A stretch of 64,000 nt of DNA, from contig NC_043007.1 in the NCBI RefSeq assembly GCF_006345805.1, forward strand, positions 1,922,001 through 1,986,000. Reading direction: 5' to 3'. Under the pieces are notes generated by a model, which was given only the letters and a program-made list of their open reading frames with translations, was not told the origin of the DNA and did not search any database. This DNA comes from Octopus sinensis. Lineage: Eukaryota. The position numbers and the translations under genes are program-made. Of the stretch, positions 38,828 to 53,326 are shown in pieces (position 1 is the stretch's first letter; every line of letters starts with the position of its first letter).

Positions 38828-40500
38828 GGTAGAGAGTTGGTAGAATCCTTACCATGCCAGGCAAAATGTTTTGGCAGCATTTCGTCCATCTTCATGTTCT
38901 GTGTCAAATCCCACTGAGTTCAACTCTACCTCCCATCCCTTTTGAGGTTGATAAAATAAAGTACCAGTTTGAACAGTGAGGTTGATGTATTTGACTCAGC
39001 CTCCTCCCCAGCAATTCCTGGCCTTGTGCCAAAATCTAAGACCATTGTTATTATTATTAGAAATTGTAAAAACACGTTGGGGAAACATGGAGAAAAAAAA
39101 ATGTGTTTGTCTTGGCCAGATGATAAGTAGCAGATGTGTATTGGCATCGAAATTGCCATTTTGAATATGACCAATACTTCAGTCCCAGCTGGTAATCCTT
39201 TCCCTAAAAGATGAGATGATCTGGGTTGGAATGCCCCAGTCCCCAGCCAGGGTCCACACAAGATTTTGTTGTTAAAATTTACGCACAATAAAATTCGTTT
39301 CACTTCTGCAACATACAAAATATTTCAGTAATTTTTTTACTGGAATTCCTTATAATATTCAATTATAGAAATGTAAAAATATAATTGTTTTAAACATCGA
39401 CTGGTTTATTAGGGGCCCACCCAGGTAAAATAGGAATTGCAGCGGTCAATAGGTAAAGTAGGGTTGAGGGTCAATACTTTCAACGTTAGTCTGTTTTGTT
39501 AGTTTGCTTCAATAAACATTATTCAGAATATTTCTCATTCCCATAATGCATTGTGATTATTTTAGCACTCCTAACGGTTAAAAGCAATTAATTAGTTGAG
39601 TCGTTAAAGTGATGGATAGGAGTGCCTTGTGAGATTTGTTTTGACAGGATTTTGAGTTCAAATCCCAACAAGGTCATCTTGGCCTTTCATTCTTTCGGAG
39701 CCAAGGTCAATATGTACCAGTCCTGGGTTGAGGATTGGTAGGACTGTTTGCCAACCACATGGTTCCAGGTTCAGTCCCACTGTATGGCAAGTGTCTTCTA
39801 CTACAGCTCTGGGCCAACTAAAGACTTGAGTGTGGATTTGGTAGACAGAGACTAAAAGAAGTCTGACATGTTTATGTATTTGTGTGTGTGTGTGTGTGTT
39901 TGTGTACGTGTGCATGTGTGTATTTGCACTGCATTACTGCTTGACAAATGTTGGTTTGTTTATGTTCCTGTAACTTAGTGGTTCATCAAAAAGGAACAAT
40001 AAAATAATTACCAGGCTTTAGAATATAAATACTGCGGGTTGGTTCATTTGACTTAGACCCTTTGAGGCAGTGCCCCTGTATGGCCGCAGTCCAATGAGTG
40101 AAACAAGTAAAAAAGATTACAAGAAAAATTTCTTGCAGTGTTTTTTTTTTCTAGTCTTTTACATTCTTACATCCAATGCAAGCAGAGACACAACTGGCCA
40201 AGCTGTAGCAGCTCTATGGTTAACATTTTTGGTTTGGACATAGGAGACTTGCATGCATGAGGGCCCACCAGTGTTCCACAAATCTACTCTGCTCAGGGTT
40301 GCACAAAGGTGCTGATATATATATAAAAAAAGGGCTGGTTTCCCGGTTTGAGTGGTGTAGAAATTCCTCACCTGGACGGGACGCCAGTCCGTCACAGTGC
40401 TGATATATGGTGAACCTTGAAATACTGAAGACCCCTAAAACTGAGTAACACCTTATTGATGCATTTTTATTTGATTTTGTTCTCTTCTTCTTTATTGCAG

Positions 40501-40644
40501 GCAATAAAAACCGGCTCAGATGCGATGCAGAACATGTACCCTGATCTGTTTGATCAGCTTCTTATTTATATCGAATATGGTGTAAGACCCCCAAAATATG
40601 GAGACATTGAAACTAAAAATTTCGGATCTGTTAAAGGCCCTCAA
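40501..40644 (+). CDS. MON2: Internal coding exon of MON2 homolog
   Basis: Acceptor tttattgcag ends at 40500; donor CAA|gtaagt at 40645; phase 0/0, 144 nt. AIKTGSDAMQNMYPDLFDQLLIYIEYGVRPPKYGDIETKNFGSVKGPQ matches recalled MON2 [39 protein letters not shown]. Confidence 0.93.
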
Positions 40645-40706
40645 GTAAGTGAAAGATTTTTCTTTCGTTCGTTTCTTTACATCTTTGCTTTGATTATATT
40701 TCTTAA

Positions 40707-40933
40707 TTAACCTTTTGGCCTTCAGATTACTCTGTCAAATGTAATACTTCTTTATTCACATTAAAAAAAAATTAATCACAAACATCTCATAGCCTTGAGA
40801 TTTGGATGATGTGACTGTTTATTTCTAGAATGACATTGCAGGATAAGTGTGAGAGGATGATCTGGCCAGTTTGGACATAAAACAGGTCTAATCTTTGGGT
40901 TTGATATGACTGGTTTAAATGCTAAAGGGTGAA
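40707..40933. mobile_element. Possible piggyBac-type MITE (TTAA-bounded, degenerate TIRs)
   Basis: Left end ttaa-ccttttggc; right end gctaaaggg-tgaa. A similarly bounded segment lies at about 62450-62655 (ttaacctctt...caaaagggttaa). Confidence 0.45.
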
Positions 40934-41008
40934 AGAATACTGAACAATATTCATTAATTAAATGGTATTAAAAAAGAATAAATATTAAATAGTAGTTTCT
41001 TGGATTAT

Positions 41009-41239
41009 GGTCCTCCTGTGCTGTGAGGTCTTCCTGTACTGAGAGGTTCTCTCCTGCTGTGAAGTCCTCCCCTGCTGTGAAGTCCTCCTGTGCTGTGAGG
41101 TCCTCCTGTGCTGTGAGGTCCTCCTGTGCTGTGAGGTCCTCTTGTGCTGTGAGGTCCTCCTGTGCTGTGAGGTCCTCCTGTGATGTGAGATCCTCCTGTG
41201 CTGTGAGGCCCTCCTGTGCTGAGGTCCTCTTGTGCAGCA
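41009..41239. repeat. 18-bp minisatellite ggtcctcctgtgctgtga, ~13 copies
   Basis: Units are in exact register from 41009 with substitutions only, except a 2-bp deletion in unit 12. Confidence 0.92.
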
Positions 41240-42367
41240 AGCTTCTAAATGGTTCTCATGCATTGTGGGGGTCTTCCTAGATTGTCTGACATCAGGTGTT
41301 CTTTGGGCTGGCCCTTTCTTTGTGCTCCTCCTTTTGGTGTCCATGTCATTACAGGTGTAGCATACCAAGAGTCTGGCTGGCAAAAAATAGAACCAACCAT
41401 TGTGATGTTTTGCAATGGTTAAGATTCTTAATTCCATCTCACCAGGAGGCTTTGAAGAACTTTGATGCATGAAGATGATATGTTTTGATAGAAATATAAC
41501 AAATGGGTTAATCTAAAACAAGAAATAAGTAAATTTCTATTCTTTTTATATATATTTAAAAAAAATTTCAATGCACTTTTAGCTTATTTTGGAAATGTGT
41601 TTCTGAATGAATAACTCACTCTTAACAAATTGCATTTTTTAGAACCAGTCATGGGATTTTAAACACAGTCACTCCATCCTATTAGTCCACACCATTAACC
41701 ACTCATACAACAGTACTGTTCATTCTTTTCATATTGCATTGCATTGGTAATGTAAATCTCATTATAATGCTTTCCTGACTAAATTTACTTGACTTATAAT
41801 TCCATGGAGTGGATTCCATGTTAGAATGGTGAGGATCCTTCTTTTGCTCAACTTGGTAAAGAAAGACTGGAAATAGCATTGCAAGCATCAGTGATGCTTT
41901 GGTAGAATTTGGTTTCTTTTATTTCCATAATACTTATAAAAATGGAGTCTACAGGGCGGCTGACAATCCAGAACTTGGATTGCATTTTTGATGCTATCAG
42001 TTATGAATAGGGTTGTTCAATAAAAAAAAGGAATTTATCTGTGAGCATGTGTGTATGTGTACATATATATATATATATTATATATATATATATAATATAT
42101 ATATGTATGTATGTATATATATAAATATACATACATACATATACATATTTTGAGTTCTATTTTCCTGTTTGTGCACAAAACCACACACACACACATACAC
42201 ATAGTGGGTTTGTATTAGTTCCCATCTACCAAATCCACTCACAAGGTTATTTTGGTCAACCCTGAGCTATAATAGAAGACCCTTGCTCTGATTGCCATCC
42301 ATTGGGAATGAACCCAAAACCACACCGTTGGAAAGCAAATTTCTGAACCGCAGAGATACAGCTCTGC

Positions 42368-42407
<40 letters not shown>

Positions 42408-42898
42408 CACACACACACACGTGTGTTATTATTGTCTTCTGAGGTAGTTGACATTTTTCACTTAGACTATTTTGATATTCTGGTCTTGAAAAACACAAAG
42501 AACCAAAGAATCTCTGTCCTTTCCTATGAATCTTAACTACAGCCGAAAGAAGACCTGAAGCGGAATGAACAGGCATTATTCCCATGAATATGGCATCACC
42601 AAATCCAAGGACCAGAGTCTTTTGATGATGTGTCAATGCCAATGATAATAATAATAATAATCCATCATTATATTCCTAAACCCAGAGATACAGTAAATTC
42701 TCTCTTACACTCTTTATATCAAAGCATATTGATGTATACTTTATTATCAATAAAATGCGATATTTAGAAACGTAACTGTATTGTAATTTATACTTCAACC
42801 TGGTTCCTTTCGAATGCTTTTGACATGTGTCCATAAAAGCGACCCTGGCGGTCGCTCACAATTCTTCTCTCAATGTGTTTCACATAAATTCTATTGAT

Positions 42899-44889
42899 TA
42901 TTAGCCTTAAAGACTGATAAACGTTATTGATCCATTTCATCCCGGTAATAAATGGATTCTATCTGATACAAACTACTAACTCTGAGTATTATAATTACCG
43001 TGTTATCATCATTAAAATTTTCAGTGTTCTACCGAATGTAAATTACAGTGGTTCCTTAAGGTGACATTTAGTTTGTCATTCATCAATCTGGACTGCATAC
43101 AACCCAGATTCGAAATTTGAAACACCTGGATTTCTACCTTGTGTTTTCATTGCATGTAGAAGGTGGTGGGGGCGAGGTTAATTTTAGCACTGGTGCCACA
43201 TAAAATGTACAGGGGTTGGTGCCATCTTAAAAGCACAAGTGCCGGTGCCATGTTAAAAGCACAGGTGCTGGTATCGGTTAAAAAACTCCACATAAAGAGC
43301 ACCAAGTTCACTCTGTAAAGTGCTTGGCATTAGAAAGGACATCCAGTTATAGAAATCAAGCACATGGCCTGTGGAGGCATATGGCCTAGTGGTTAGAGCA
43401 GCGAACTCACGGTCGAGGGATCACTGGTTCGAATCTCAGACCGGGCGATGTGTGTGTTTATGAGCGAAACACCTAAGCTCCACGCGGCTCCAGCAGAAGG
43501 TAATAGCGAACTTCTGCTCACTCTTTCAACACAACTTTCTCTCACACTTTCCTCCTGCATCTTGCAGCTCACCTGCAATGGACCGGCATCCCATCCAGGT
43601 GGGGAACCTATATGCCAAGGAAACCGGTAAACTGGCCCTTATGAGCCAGGCATGGTTCGAGAAGGAACAAACAAACAAAATTAAGCCAAAACAGGCTATG
43701 GAACCTGGTGTAGCCCCTGGCTTTCCCAGTTCCTGTCATCCAACAGTGGAAGCACATGGATTAGCGGTTAGGTTTTTGGACTCATGATTGCAAAATTGTG
43801 GTTTCAGTCCCTGGACCGGGCATTGTGTTGTGTTCTTGAGCAAAACATTTTATTTCATGTTGCTCCAGTCCACTTAACTAGCAAAAGAGAGTAACTCTAT
43901 GACAGACTGGATTGTATTAGCCTTAAAGACTGATAAACGTTATTGATCCATTTCATCCCGGTAATAAATGGATTCTATCTGATACAAACTACTAACTCTG
44001 AGTATTATAATTACCGTGTTATCATCATTAAATTTCAGTGTTCTACCGAATGTAAATTACAGTGGTTCCTTAAGGTGACTTTAGTTTGTCATTCATCAAT
44101 CTGGACTGCATACAAACCCAGATTCGAAATTTGAAACACCTGGATTCTACCTTGTGTTTTCATTGCATGTAGAAGGTGGTGGGGGCGAGGTTAATTTTAG
44201 ACTGGTGCCACATAAAATGTACAGGGGTGGTGCCATCTTAAAAGCACAAGTGCCGGTGCCATGTTAAAAGCACAGGTGCTGGTATCGGTTAAAAAACTCC
44301 ACATAAAGAGCACCAAGTTCACTCTGTAAAGTGCTTGGCATTAGAAAGGACATCCAGTTATAGAAATCAAGCACATGGCCTGTGGAGGCATATGGCCCAG
44401 TGGTTAGAGCAGCGAACTCACGGTCGAGGGATCACTGGTTCGAATCTCAGACCGGGCGATGTGTGTGTTTATGAGCGAAACACCTAAGCTCCACGCGGCT
44501 CCAGCAGAAGGTAATAGCGAACTTTCTGCTCACTCTTTCAACACAAACTTTCTCTCACACTTTCCTCCTGCATCTTGCAGCTCACTGCAAGGACCGGCAT
44601 CCCATCCAGGTGGGGAACCTATATGCCAAGGAAACGGGGGTTTAAACTGGCCCTTATGAGCCAGGCATGGTTCGAGAAGGAACAAACAAACAAAATTAAG
44701 CCAAAACAGGCTATGGAACCTGGTGTAGCCCCTGGCTTTCCCAGTTCCTGTCATCCAACAGTGGAAGGCACATGGATTAGCGGGTTAGGGTTTTGGACTC
44801 ATGATGCAAAATTGTGGTTTCAGTCCCTGGAACGGGGCAGGTGTTGTGTTTCTTGAGCAAAACATTTTATTTCATGTTGCTCCAGTCCA
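42899..44889 (+). repeat. ~1.0-kb tandem direct duplication (42899-43871 and 43915-44889)
   Basis: The copies are near-identical, and most differences are 1-bp indels. Confidence 0.92.
43371..43680 (+). mobile_element. SINE family D variant inserted in a family C relic; duplicate at 44382-44695
   Basis: Head gtggaggcatatggcctagtggttagagcagcgaac...ggttcgaatctc; tail (aaca)n. Confidence 0.8.
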
Positions 44890-45627
44890 ACTATAAAGCA
44901 AAGGAAATTTATCATTCTATTTCCAGAATTCTACAGCGTACTTTTATCAAACCATGTCACTATTGAATATTCATAATAATCCTTATTAAGGTAAATTGAT
45001 GACAACAGGTGAAATGTATACCTTGCTGATAGCAAGAAGTAAACCAGTTTCCGCTGGTCTCTTTCTATCTGTGAAAAAAAGGAAAAGAAAAAAAGAAATT
45101 AAGCTCACCTCAACATCTAGTATTTTGTTACAAATCTTGTTCTTGAATATATTCCTTGAATGCGTGTTCTTCATTTACATTTCATTTTCGGTCATTTTGG
45201 CTAAATTTCAATTTTGTGATAACAAACTGAATCGAGTAAAATATAAATTATGGTGATTCCTTTATCAGTAAATGCATAAAAATAACTAACATAAAAACAA
45301 AACCTTTTAAAATTGGTAAAAGAAAATATATACACAAAGAAAATGGTAAATTATATGGCACATTTCACTTACTAGGAATTTATATTCTAGCTGTGAAAAA
45401 CAAAAATAAAAAGGAAAGGAAAAAAAAGAAAAAAAACCAAAGTTCTGTTTTTCTCTCTGAGTCTTAATTGGCTACAGTTAAGGGAAGTCTTGGAGAAGAA
45501 TGAACTGAAGATATTCCTTGGAATGAAGCCCAAGCAAATCCAAAGACCATGGTTGTTAATGGTGTGACGATGCCAATGAATAATTTTCTGTAAATTTCTG
45601 AGACCATGTATTTGTGATGGATCTTCT

Positions 45628-45842
45628 TATTTCTTTATTGCCCACAAGGGGCTAAACATAGAGGCGACAAACAAGGACAGACATTGACCCCAGTGCGTAA
45701 CTGGTACTTAATTTATCGACCCCCGAAAGGATGCATGTCAAAGTTGACCTCGGCGGAATTTGAACTCAGAACGTAACGGCAGACGAAATATGGCTACGCA
45801 TTTCGCCCGGCATGCTAACGATTCTGCCAGCTTGCCACCTTA
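45628..45842 (-). mobile_element. SINE family B
   Basis: 16-bp TSD ttgtgatggatcttct at 45612-45627 and 45843-45858. Confidence 0.88.
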
Positions 45843-45859
45843 TTGTGATGGATCTTCTG

Positions 45860-46121
45860 CCATGCTGATGGCACGTAAAAAACACCATCCGAGCGTGGCC
45901 GTTCGCCAGCCTCGTCTGGCACCTGTGTCGGTGGCACATAAAAAGCACCCACTACACTCACGGAGTGGTTGGCATTAGGAAGGGCATCCATCTGTAGAAA
46001 CTCTGCCAGATCAAGACTGGAGCCTGGTGCAGCCTTCGGGCTTCCCAGACCCCAGTTGAACAGTCCAACCCATGCTAGCATGGAAAGCAGACGTTAAACG
46101 ATGATGATGATGATGATGATG
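45860..46121 (+). mobile_element. Family C copy with (GAT)n tail
   Basis: Homology to 4210-4432. Confidence 0.75.
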
Positions 46122-47152
46122 ACTATCATTTTATGCCCACGTTCCATATTTGGATTGGGTTGTCAGAATTTCAGCAATTTCTTACTAAGCGTTTCGGCCC
46201 TCATAGCTTTGGGTTCATACTTGCCATTTGGCATGAAGGCCTGACCTATTATTAACCAGTTTACTAACTATACTGGGCACCAGTGATGATACAGCTTGGC
46301 ACCAGTGACGTTGCGACTCATTTCTTCAGCTTAGTGAATTGGAACAATGTGAAATGAAGTGTCTTCTTCAAGAACATAAAACACAGACCTGGTCTGGGAA
46401 TTGAGCCCGGTACCTCATGATTGTGAACCTGGAACTCTAACCACTGCACCACATGCCTTCACTTTGCTGTAATCAACATAAAAATCATAATTTTCTGTAT
46501 CGTACATAGTGTCAAACATTGTTGTCACTTAAGTTTCATATTGGCAACTTGCTAAAGTTGGAAATGCGATTACAATTAACAATAATTACATTAATTGACT
46601 AGCTTTACTTATGAATGATTACTGAAATTAAAACCTGCCAGATATCGTCATGTCCTTACTACAGAGAGAGGGGGGGAGAAAGAGAGAGAGAGAGAGATGT
46701 TGACACTGAGCAAGAATCAAATTTAATCTAAATAAAACTACTTTTTCTACAATTAAAATATTATGTTTTGTATGGCTTTGTAACGAGAGCATTTAGCAAT
46801 TAAGTAATAACATCCATATTGTGTTTATCGTGGCATGTATTTTTATCTGGTTAAAGACAATTCAAATTTTATTGATCTCATATTTAAAACATTAATATTA
46901 GTAACGGTTTACATAAATTACTGATTAGATATAATTGTTTTCCATGTCTCTGATTAAAAGTCATTCTAAAGGCATGTCTCAATCACGTTTAAATGGATTG
47001 ATTCTGTTAATAGCAATGCTTTGTGTTTTCCTTTGTTTTTCTCCAGAGGACGGACACACAGACACACACACACAGATAGATAAATTCATACAAAGAAAGA
47101 TATAGATATATTCACATATGACTGGCTGCTAACTGAAACAAGTAAAAGAGTG

Positions 47153-47183
<31 letters not shown>

Positions 47184-47191
47184 GAATACAT

Positions 47192-47371
47192 ACTCTTTTA
47201 CTTGTTTCAGTCATTTGACTGTGGCCATGCTGGAGTACTGCCTTTAGTCGAGCAAATCGACCCCAGGACTTATTCTATTGGTCTCTTTTGAAGAACTGCT
47301 AAGTTACGGGGATGTAAACACACCAGCATTGACTGTCAAGCGATGTGGGAGGGAGGAAAACACAGACACAC

Positions 47372-47421
<50 letters not shown>

Positions 47422-47578
47422 GATGGGCTTCTTTCAGTTTCTGTCTACCAAACCCATTCACAAGGCTTTGGCTGGCCCGAGGCTATAGTAGAAGACATTT
47501 ACCCAAGGTGCCACGCAGTGGGACTGAACCCGGAACCATGTGGTTCATAAGCAAGCTACTTACCACACAGCCACTCCT
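47192..47578 (-). mobile_element. SINE family A; a second internally deleted 5' fragment follows at about 47610-47752
   Basis: Homology to the other A copies. Confidence 0.8.
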
Positions 47579-48797
47579 AAGTCTGTCATATATATATATA
47601 TATATATATATATGATAGGCTTCTTTCAGTTTCCCCTCTACCAAATCCACTGACAAAGCTCTGGTCAGCCCTAGGCCATAGTTCAGTGGGACTGAACCCA
47701 GAACCATGTAGCTGTTAAGCAAGCTACTTACCACACAGCCACGCCTGCACCTATGTCTTTATTAAAAATGATTTACTTTATACGTAGGCACATGTATGAC
47801 TCTTTGGCAAGCAGTTAGCTTCCCAACCACATGGTTCTAGCTTCAATTCCAATGTGTAACACCTTTTTTAATTACAAAATGAATCAAATATTCTATGCTG
47901 TTGTGTCTGGGGGAGAGTCATTCTCTTTTAGTATCCTATAATTTAACAACTATTGAAAAGATGGAAAACTCCATGTAAATTTTAGAAATCTAAACAAGTA
48001 AATGAGTGGAAATTTTACTGGTGAATGTGTTAAATTATAAGGAACTAAAAGAGAATGACTTTCCCCAGACACAACAGAATATGCTTCAACACACCAACTC
48101 ACATAAAGAATCTTGCAAACCAAATCCAAAAGCGAAATATTCTATGGTTTGCAGTATCTACTTAAGTAAACCTTCTGTTCCAGTTACCGTTTACCTGAAG
48201 AAAGAAGCTGAACAGGAAAGAAACTTTGTCTTCTCTTGTTATTCTTTTACTCCAACCTTAATCTTTAACATTCCTTGCTATAAAAAAAGTGGAAAGAAGG
48301 AAAAATCCAATTAATATTTATTTTCTGATCATTGTATCACAGTGCTGAAAACTCTGGAACTCTACCTTTTTTTTTATTTTGTTGTTTATTATTGTTTAGT
48401 TTCAAACAGGAATTTTTCTTAATTTTCTTTTGAAAACTTTTACCAAAAAAAAAAAAAAGGTAATAATAATAAGTAATGTATTTAAGAAAAAAATTTTGTT
48501 TTTTCCATTTTATAAAATATTTTTAAAAAAGCTCATTTCTTTTTGGAAAATCTATTGAAGATTTTAATTTTTTTAGTCTTTTTGTATTTTTGTTTTAGTT
48601 GGAGGTAGGGGGTGGGGTTTGGGTGGATGTTTACGAGAACAATAGCAAGATCAAGTGTATCAATGTAAGATGTATGCTTGTCTTGTTAAATTGGAAATGG
48701 CATTCGTTTTCTGTATGTATTTATGCCTGTATAGTGTATGCGTATACGTGTTTTGTGTATCTATGTGTATGTGTGTGTGTTTTTCTGTATGTATTTA

Positions 48798-48850
<53 letters not shown>

Positions 48851-50362
48851 GATAGATATAAACACACAGATACCCACCCAAACATGCGTGTATAATATAA
48901 ATGGTAAACTTCAACTCTAAGAAAACTAGTGACATCCTGCTCAGCTAAAAATAATTCCAAGTAGATCAAACGGAGAAATAAGTTTCATGCCAGGTTTGTG
49001 TTTAATCATCATCATCATCATCATCACATTATCTTTTTTTTAATGTCCAATTATCCAAACCGGTGTGGGTTAGATGGCTCCTTAGTGTCTAAGTGAGTTC
49101 TTATTCCGAATTACTACATTTTTTTCTTGTGATTGATGAGAGGTTATCAACATGGTGGGTGGCAGCGATAGGATGCTGACAAAAAATTGTTGGTGCTTTA
49201 GAAGGAGCTTTATCATAAATACATTTTCAAGTGTCCATCTTGAAGCTCGCAAAGTGGGTTTCCTCCAGCACAGGTTGTTGCAGTAATTTGTCATCCCCTT
49301 CATCAAATTCAGTCTCTTGAAAACCATCTTCACCACTTATTCCCTTGCCTTTTCCTTTTCTCTCTTCTCTACACCTTCCACCCATTTGCAATGGTTGGCA
49401 CTATACCCAACATTATGCATCACACGTCCATACCCAGACTGACATCTCCAAGGGCAAGCTACATCTGCTTCTCCTTATATGCAGTTTATCTTCGTCATTT
49501 CACAGCCTAAAAGCATGCTTGTCTCATTGACCCTGCCACACATACAATCTCTCTTCTCATTAACCCTTAATGGGGTTTTTTTGAGTTAAGGATTTTTATT
49601 CTACTTTCCCACTTGTTGAAAGTGCAGAGCTACCGGCTGATTTATTAGCAGGCAATATCTACTACAAGACAACACCAGTTTTCTCGTACAGTTGCAGGCA
49701 AAGATACACAGTACACGGGCATATGGCATAGTGGTTAAGAGTGCGGGATACTAACCCCAAGATCCTAAGTTCAATTCCAGACAGTGACCTGAATAATAAT
49801 AATAATAACAACAACAACAACAGCAATAATGATAATGATAACATCGAAAAATACCTTAGGAATGAGAACCCATGTTCGAAATTTCCCCCAAGACACCTGA
49901 TGAAGGCTGGAGGGTATATCAGCTGAAACGTGTTAACAATAAACAAGATGAGGACAAATATCCGTTAAATGTGAATAATGTAAAAAGAGACACAATGTGT
50001 GTATGTGCATGATAATAAATAATAAGCCTGTCTATTAAAAACACAAGGTTTTACATAGATACACACGCACATGTGATAGGCTTCCATACAGTTTCCACCT
50101 ACCATTTTCACTCATGTAACATCAGTTATCCTAAGACTACAGAAGGGGACAGCATCAGATGTCATAAGACCTAGTTTGTGTGTATGAGTGCATGTGTGCA
50201 TGTGTGTGTGTATGAGTGAGGCCTGAAAGGGCTCCAGGACTAAGTTCCAGTCATTTCTGATGAATGCTGAAGTAGATTCTCCCCCTGGCATGAAACCAGT
50301 TGGTAACTTGGCTATTATGATGCTATAATATAGTAGAATTAATAATAATCATAATAACAATG

Positions 50363-50396
<34 letters not shown>

Positions 50397-51064
50397 GGCT
50401 CTCTACTAAAAACACAAGTCTTTACATAGATAAAAATGTACACGTGACAGGCTTCCATACAGTTTCCACCTACCAGTTCCACCCATGAAACGTCAGTTGT
50501 CCTAAGACTACAGGAGGAGACTTTTGCTTTAATCATCACTCAATGCGTTAGAACTGAGAAACAACATGGTTACCAAATGAATTCCTAATGATCTTTGTGG
50601 CATCTCCTGGCAGATGCCATCACACTTCGTCAGCCAAAATCCATCCATCCATCCATCCATTTGCCGCCTCCACCTGCTATTCATAGAAGGGTCATTAGGA
50701 TGGAGTTCTTAGGTACCTCCTCCTCCCTAATTCCCTGCCATCATTATTATACTTTCCTGTCTGAAATTGTAATGACCTTTCCTCCCTCATCAATTTAATA
50801 TACATTTTTCTCTATTAGAACGGTCAATTTCTTCTAAACACATCTGATTAGATGCTAATTGGTGTCAGTGATGCGGAAAGCCATTGTTTCACTTAACAAC
50901 CAATTGTCATTCCATTTTGAAATAAGTTCCGTTTGTCAGCCAGTGGCTATTTACAATGTGTCTTCGTCAAAGAATACAGTTTTACTAATCAGTTAGGTTT
51001 GTTAATCATACGTTGAGATGATTTATTCATCTATTTGTTTATTTTCTCTTTTCTCTCTTTCTCT

Positions 51065-51268
51065 TTTACTTGTTCCATTCATTTGGCTGCGGTCATGCTG
51101 GAGCACCACCTTTAGTCGAGCAAATCGACCCCAGGACTTATTCTTTCTTTGTAAGCCTAGTAGTTATTCTATCGGTCTCTTTTGCCGAACCGCTAAGTTA
51201 CAGGGGACGTAAACACACCAGAATCGTTTGTCAAGCAATGTTGGGGGGACAAACACAGACAACACACA

Positions 51269-51300
<32 letters not shown>

Positions 51301-51410
51301 GTATATAATGGGCTTCTTTCAGTTTCCATCTACAAAATCCACTCACAAAGCTTTGGTTGGCCCGAGGCTATAGTAGAAGATACTTGCCCAAGGTGCCACG
51401 CAGTGGGCTG
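51065..51410 (-). mobile_element. SINE family A, 5'-truncated
   Basis: Homology to the other A copies. Confidence 0.78.
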
Positions 51411-52490
51411 CGCATATATATTTTAATTTGCTTCTTTGGTTGATATCAGTCATTAGATTGTGGTCCTGCTGGAGCATCACCTGCAAGTGTTCAGTTACTT
51501 AAATCACTCATCATCTTTTTCTAGTGACTACTTTGGTCTTCTTCTTTTATCTTCTGTGTGTCTGGGAAGAGTCATTCCCTTTTTGTGCCTTAAAATTTCC
51601 ACTTATTTCTTATGTTTATTGTCCTAACATTTTCGTTGCGTCTTGCAACCTTTTCAATAGTCTTGACTCTGTTCTTATTCACACTGCCTTCCTTTTGTTT
51701 GTTTGTGCGCATGTGTGTAGGTCAGTGCGTGTGGTGTGTGCCTATACATGCATGCATGTACGTATGTATGTGTGTGTGTATGCATGTGTATGCATGTATG
51801 TGTGTGCATCTGTATGTACTATGCCTCATTTTTGTGCTTGCATGTCCCGTGTTTGTGTATTTTCTATGCATGTGTGTGTGTGTATGTATGCACCTCTCTG
51901 TCCTCTTCTTGTGTGTGCATGTCTGTGTTTGTGTTATGCAACTATGTACCTTGTTTGTATGTATGGATGTGCATCTTTATATGCGTGGATCCGTGTCTCC
52001 ATATGTGTCTATTCTTATAGCCTATCTACCTATCCGTCTGTATGTTGATCTGTTTATTTTTTTTTTTCTTCTATGTTCTTACATACAGAAAAAAAAAACA
52101 GTTTCTATAATAATAATAATAATGATGATAATAATAATAATAATGGTTTCAAATATTGGCACATTGACCCCAGCACTGAACTGGCACTTATTCTATTGAC
52201 CCTGAAAGAATGAAAGGCAAAGTCCACCTCAGTAGAATTTGAACTGACAACATAAAATGAAAATAAATGCTGCTAAGCTTTCTGTCCAACCTGCAAATGA
52301 ATGAGTCTGCCAGCTTCTCACCTTAATAATAATAATAGTTGCAAGGAAAATAATTCTCTGATGCATTAAAAGTTGCAACTGTTTCCACAGCGCATGAATA
52401 AAGCGTTTTTGTAATTAGATTTGATGATTTTTAACTCATCTCCATCATCTTCATCCCCCTCTTTGTCACCATTATTATTATTATTATTAC

Positions 52491-52538
<48 letters not shown>

Positions 52539-53119
52539 CATCATCATCAGCAGCAGCAGAAGCAATGGTTACTCCTTCAGATGGGTTTTAAACGTAGTTT
52601 TCCCATATTAGCATGTGTTAGGAACCCTTTGAAATGCAGCATCTCTTACGGCATTTCATTCTTGCTTTGTTTCATATGTGAAGTTGACTATGCTAGAACA
52701 CCCTTCTCTCTCTCCCTCTCTCCCTCTTGCTATCTCTATCTCTCTCCCTCCCTCTCTCTCTCGCTCTTTCTCTCCCCCTCTCTCACACTCCCTCTCTTCC
52801 CCCCTCTCTCTCTTGCCATTTGTTGCTTTCACTTCCTCCTGCTTGTCATTCTCTCCTGTTGCACAATCTTTCTCCGTAGTGCTGCTTATAGCATCTCCTG
52901 TAACAACGCAATTCATCCATTATTTCTAGCAAACAATATAAGCAGTCCTTGGTCTTCTTCAGCTTATCTCTGCTAACTTCGTCAAGTATTCTGATTCTTG
53001 CTGCTGCAAAACTCACTTTCTACATTTCTGCCTAATTCCTCAGTTATTCCTCCATTTATTATTTGCATCTATTATTCATACTATTTACAGAGCACAAAAT
53101 TCCCTGAGGATTCTTCACT

Positions 53120-53245
53120 TCTCCTACAACACACACACAAACACACAAAGACATACACACACACAAACACACACAAACAAACACACACACACACACACAT
53201 ACAAACACACACACACAACACACACACACACACACACATACAAAC

Positions 53246-53278
<33 letters not shown>

Positions 53279-53326
53279 AAAACACACACACACAAACACA
53301 CACACACACACACATACACACACACA
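53120..53326. repeat. Compound (CA)n microsatellite
   Basis: Directly visible. Confidence 0.95.

Noticed and set aside
43371-43445. tRNA-like sequence (also 3610-3686, 44382-44456, 55414-55490)
   Set aside because: These are SINE heads continuous with SINE bodies, two with TSDs, and I could not form a canonical cloverleaf or acceptor stem.
48006-48314. 102-aa non-repetitive ORF
   Set aside because: No recognisable homology, a GTG start, and no fit to the expected next MON2 exon.
50030-50520. Two ~120-bp diverged direct repeats (about 50030-50150 and 50400-50520)
   Set aside because: They look like old family A fragments; nothing beyond ordinary SINE decay.
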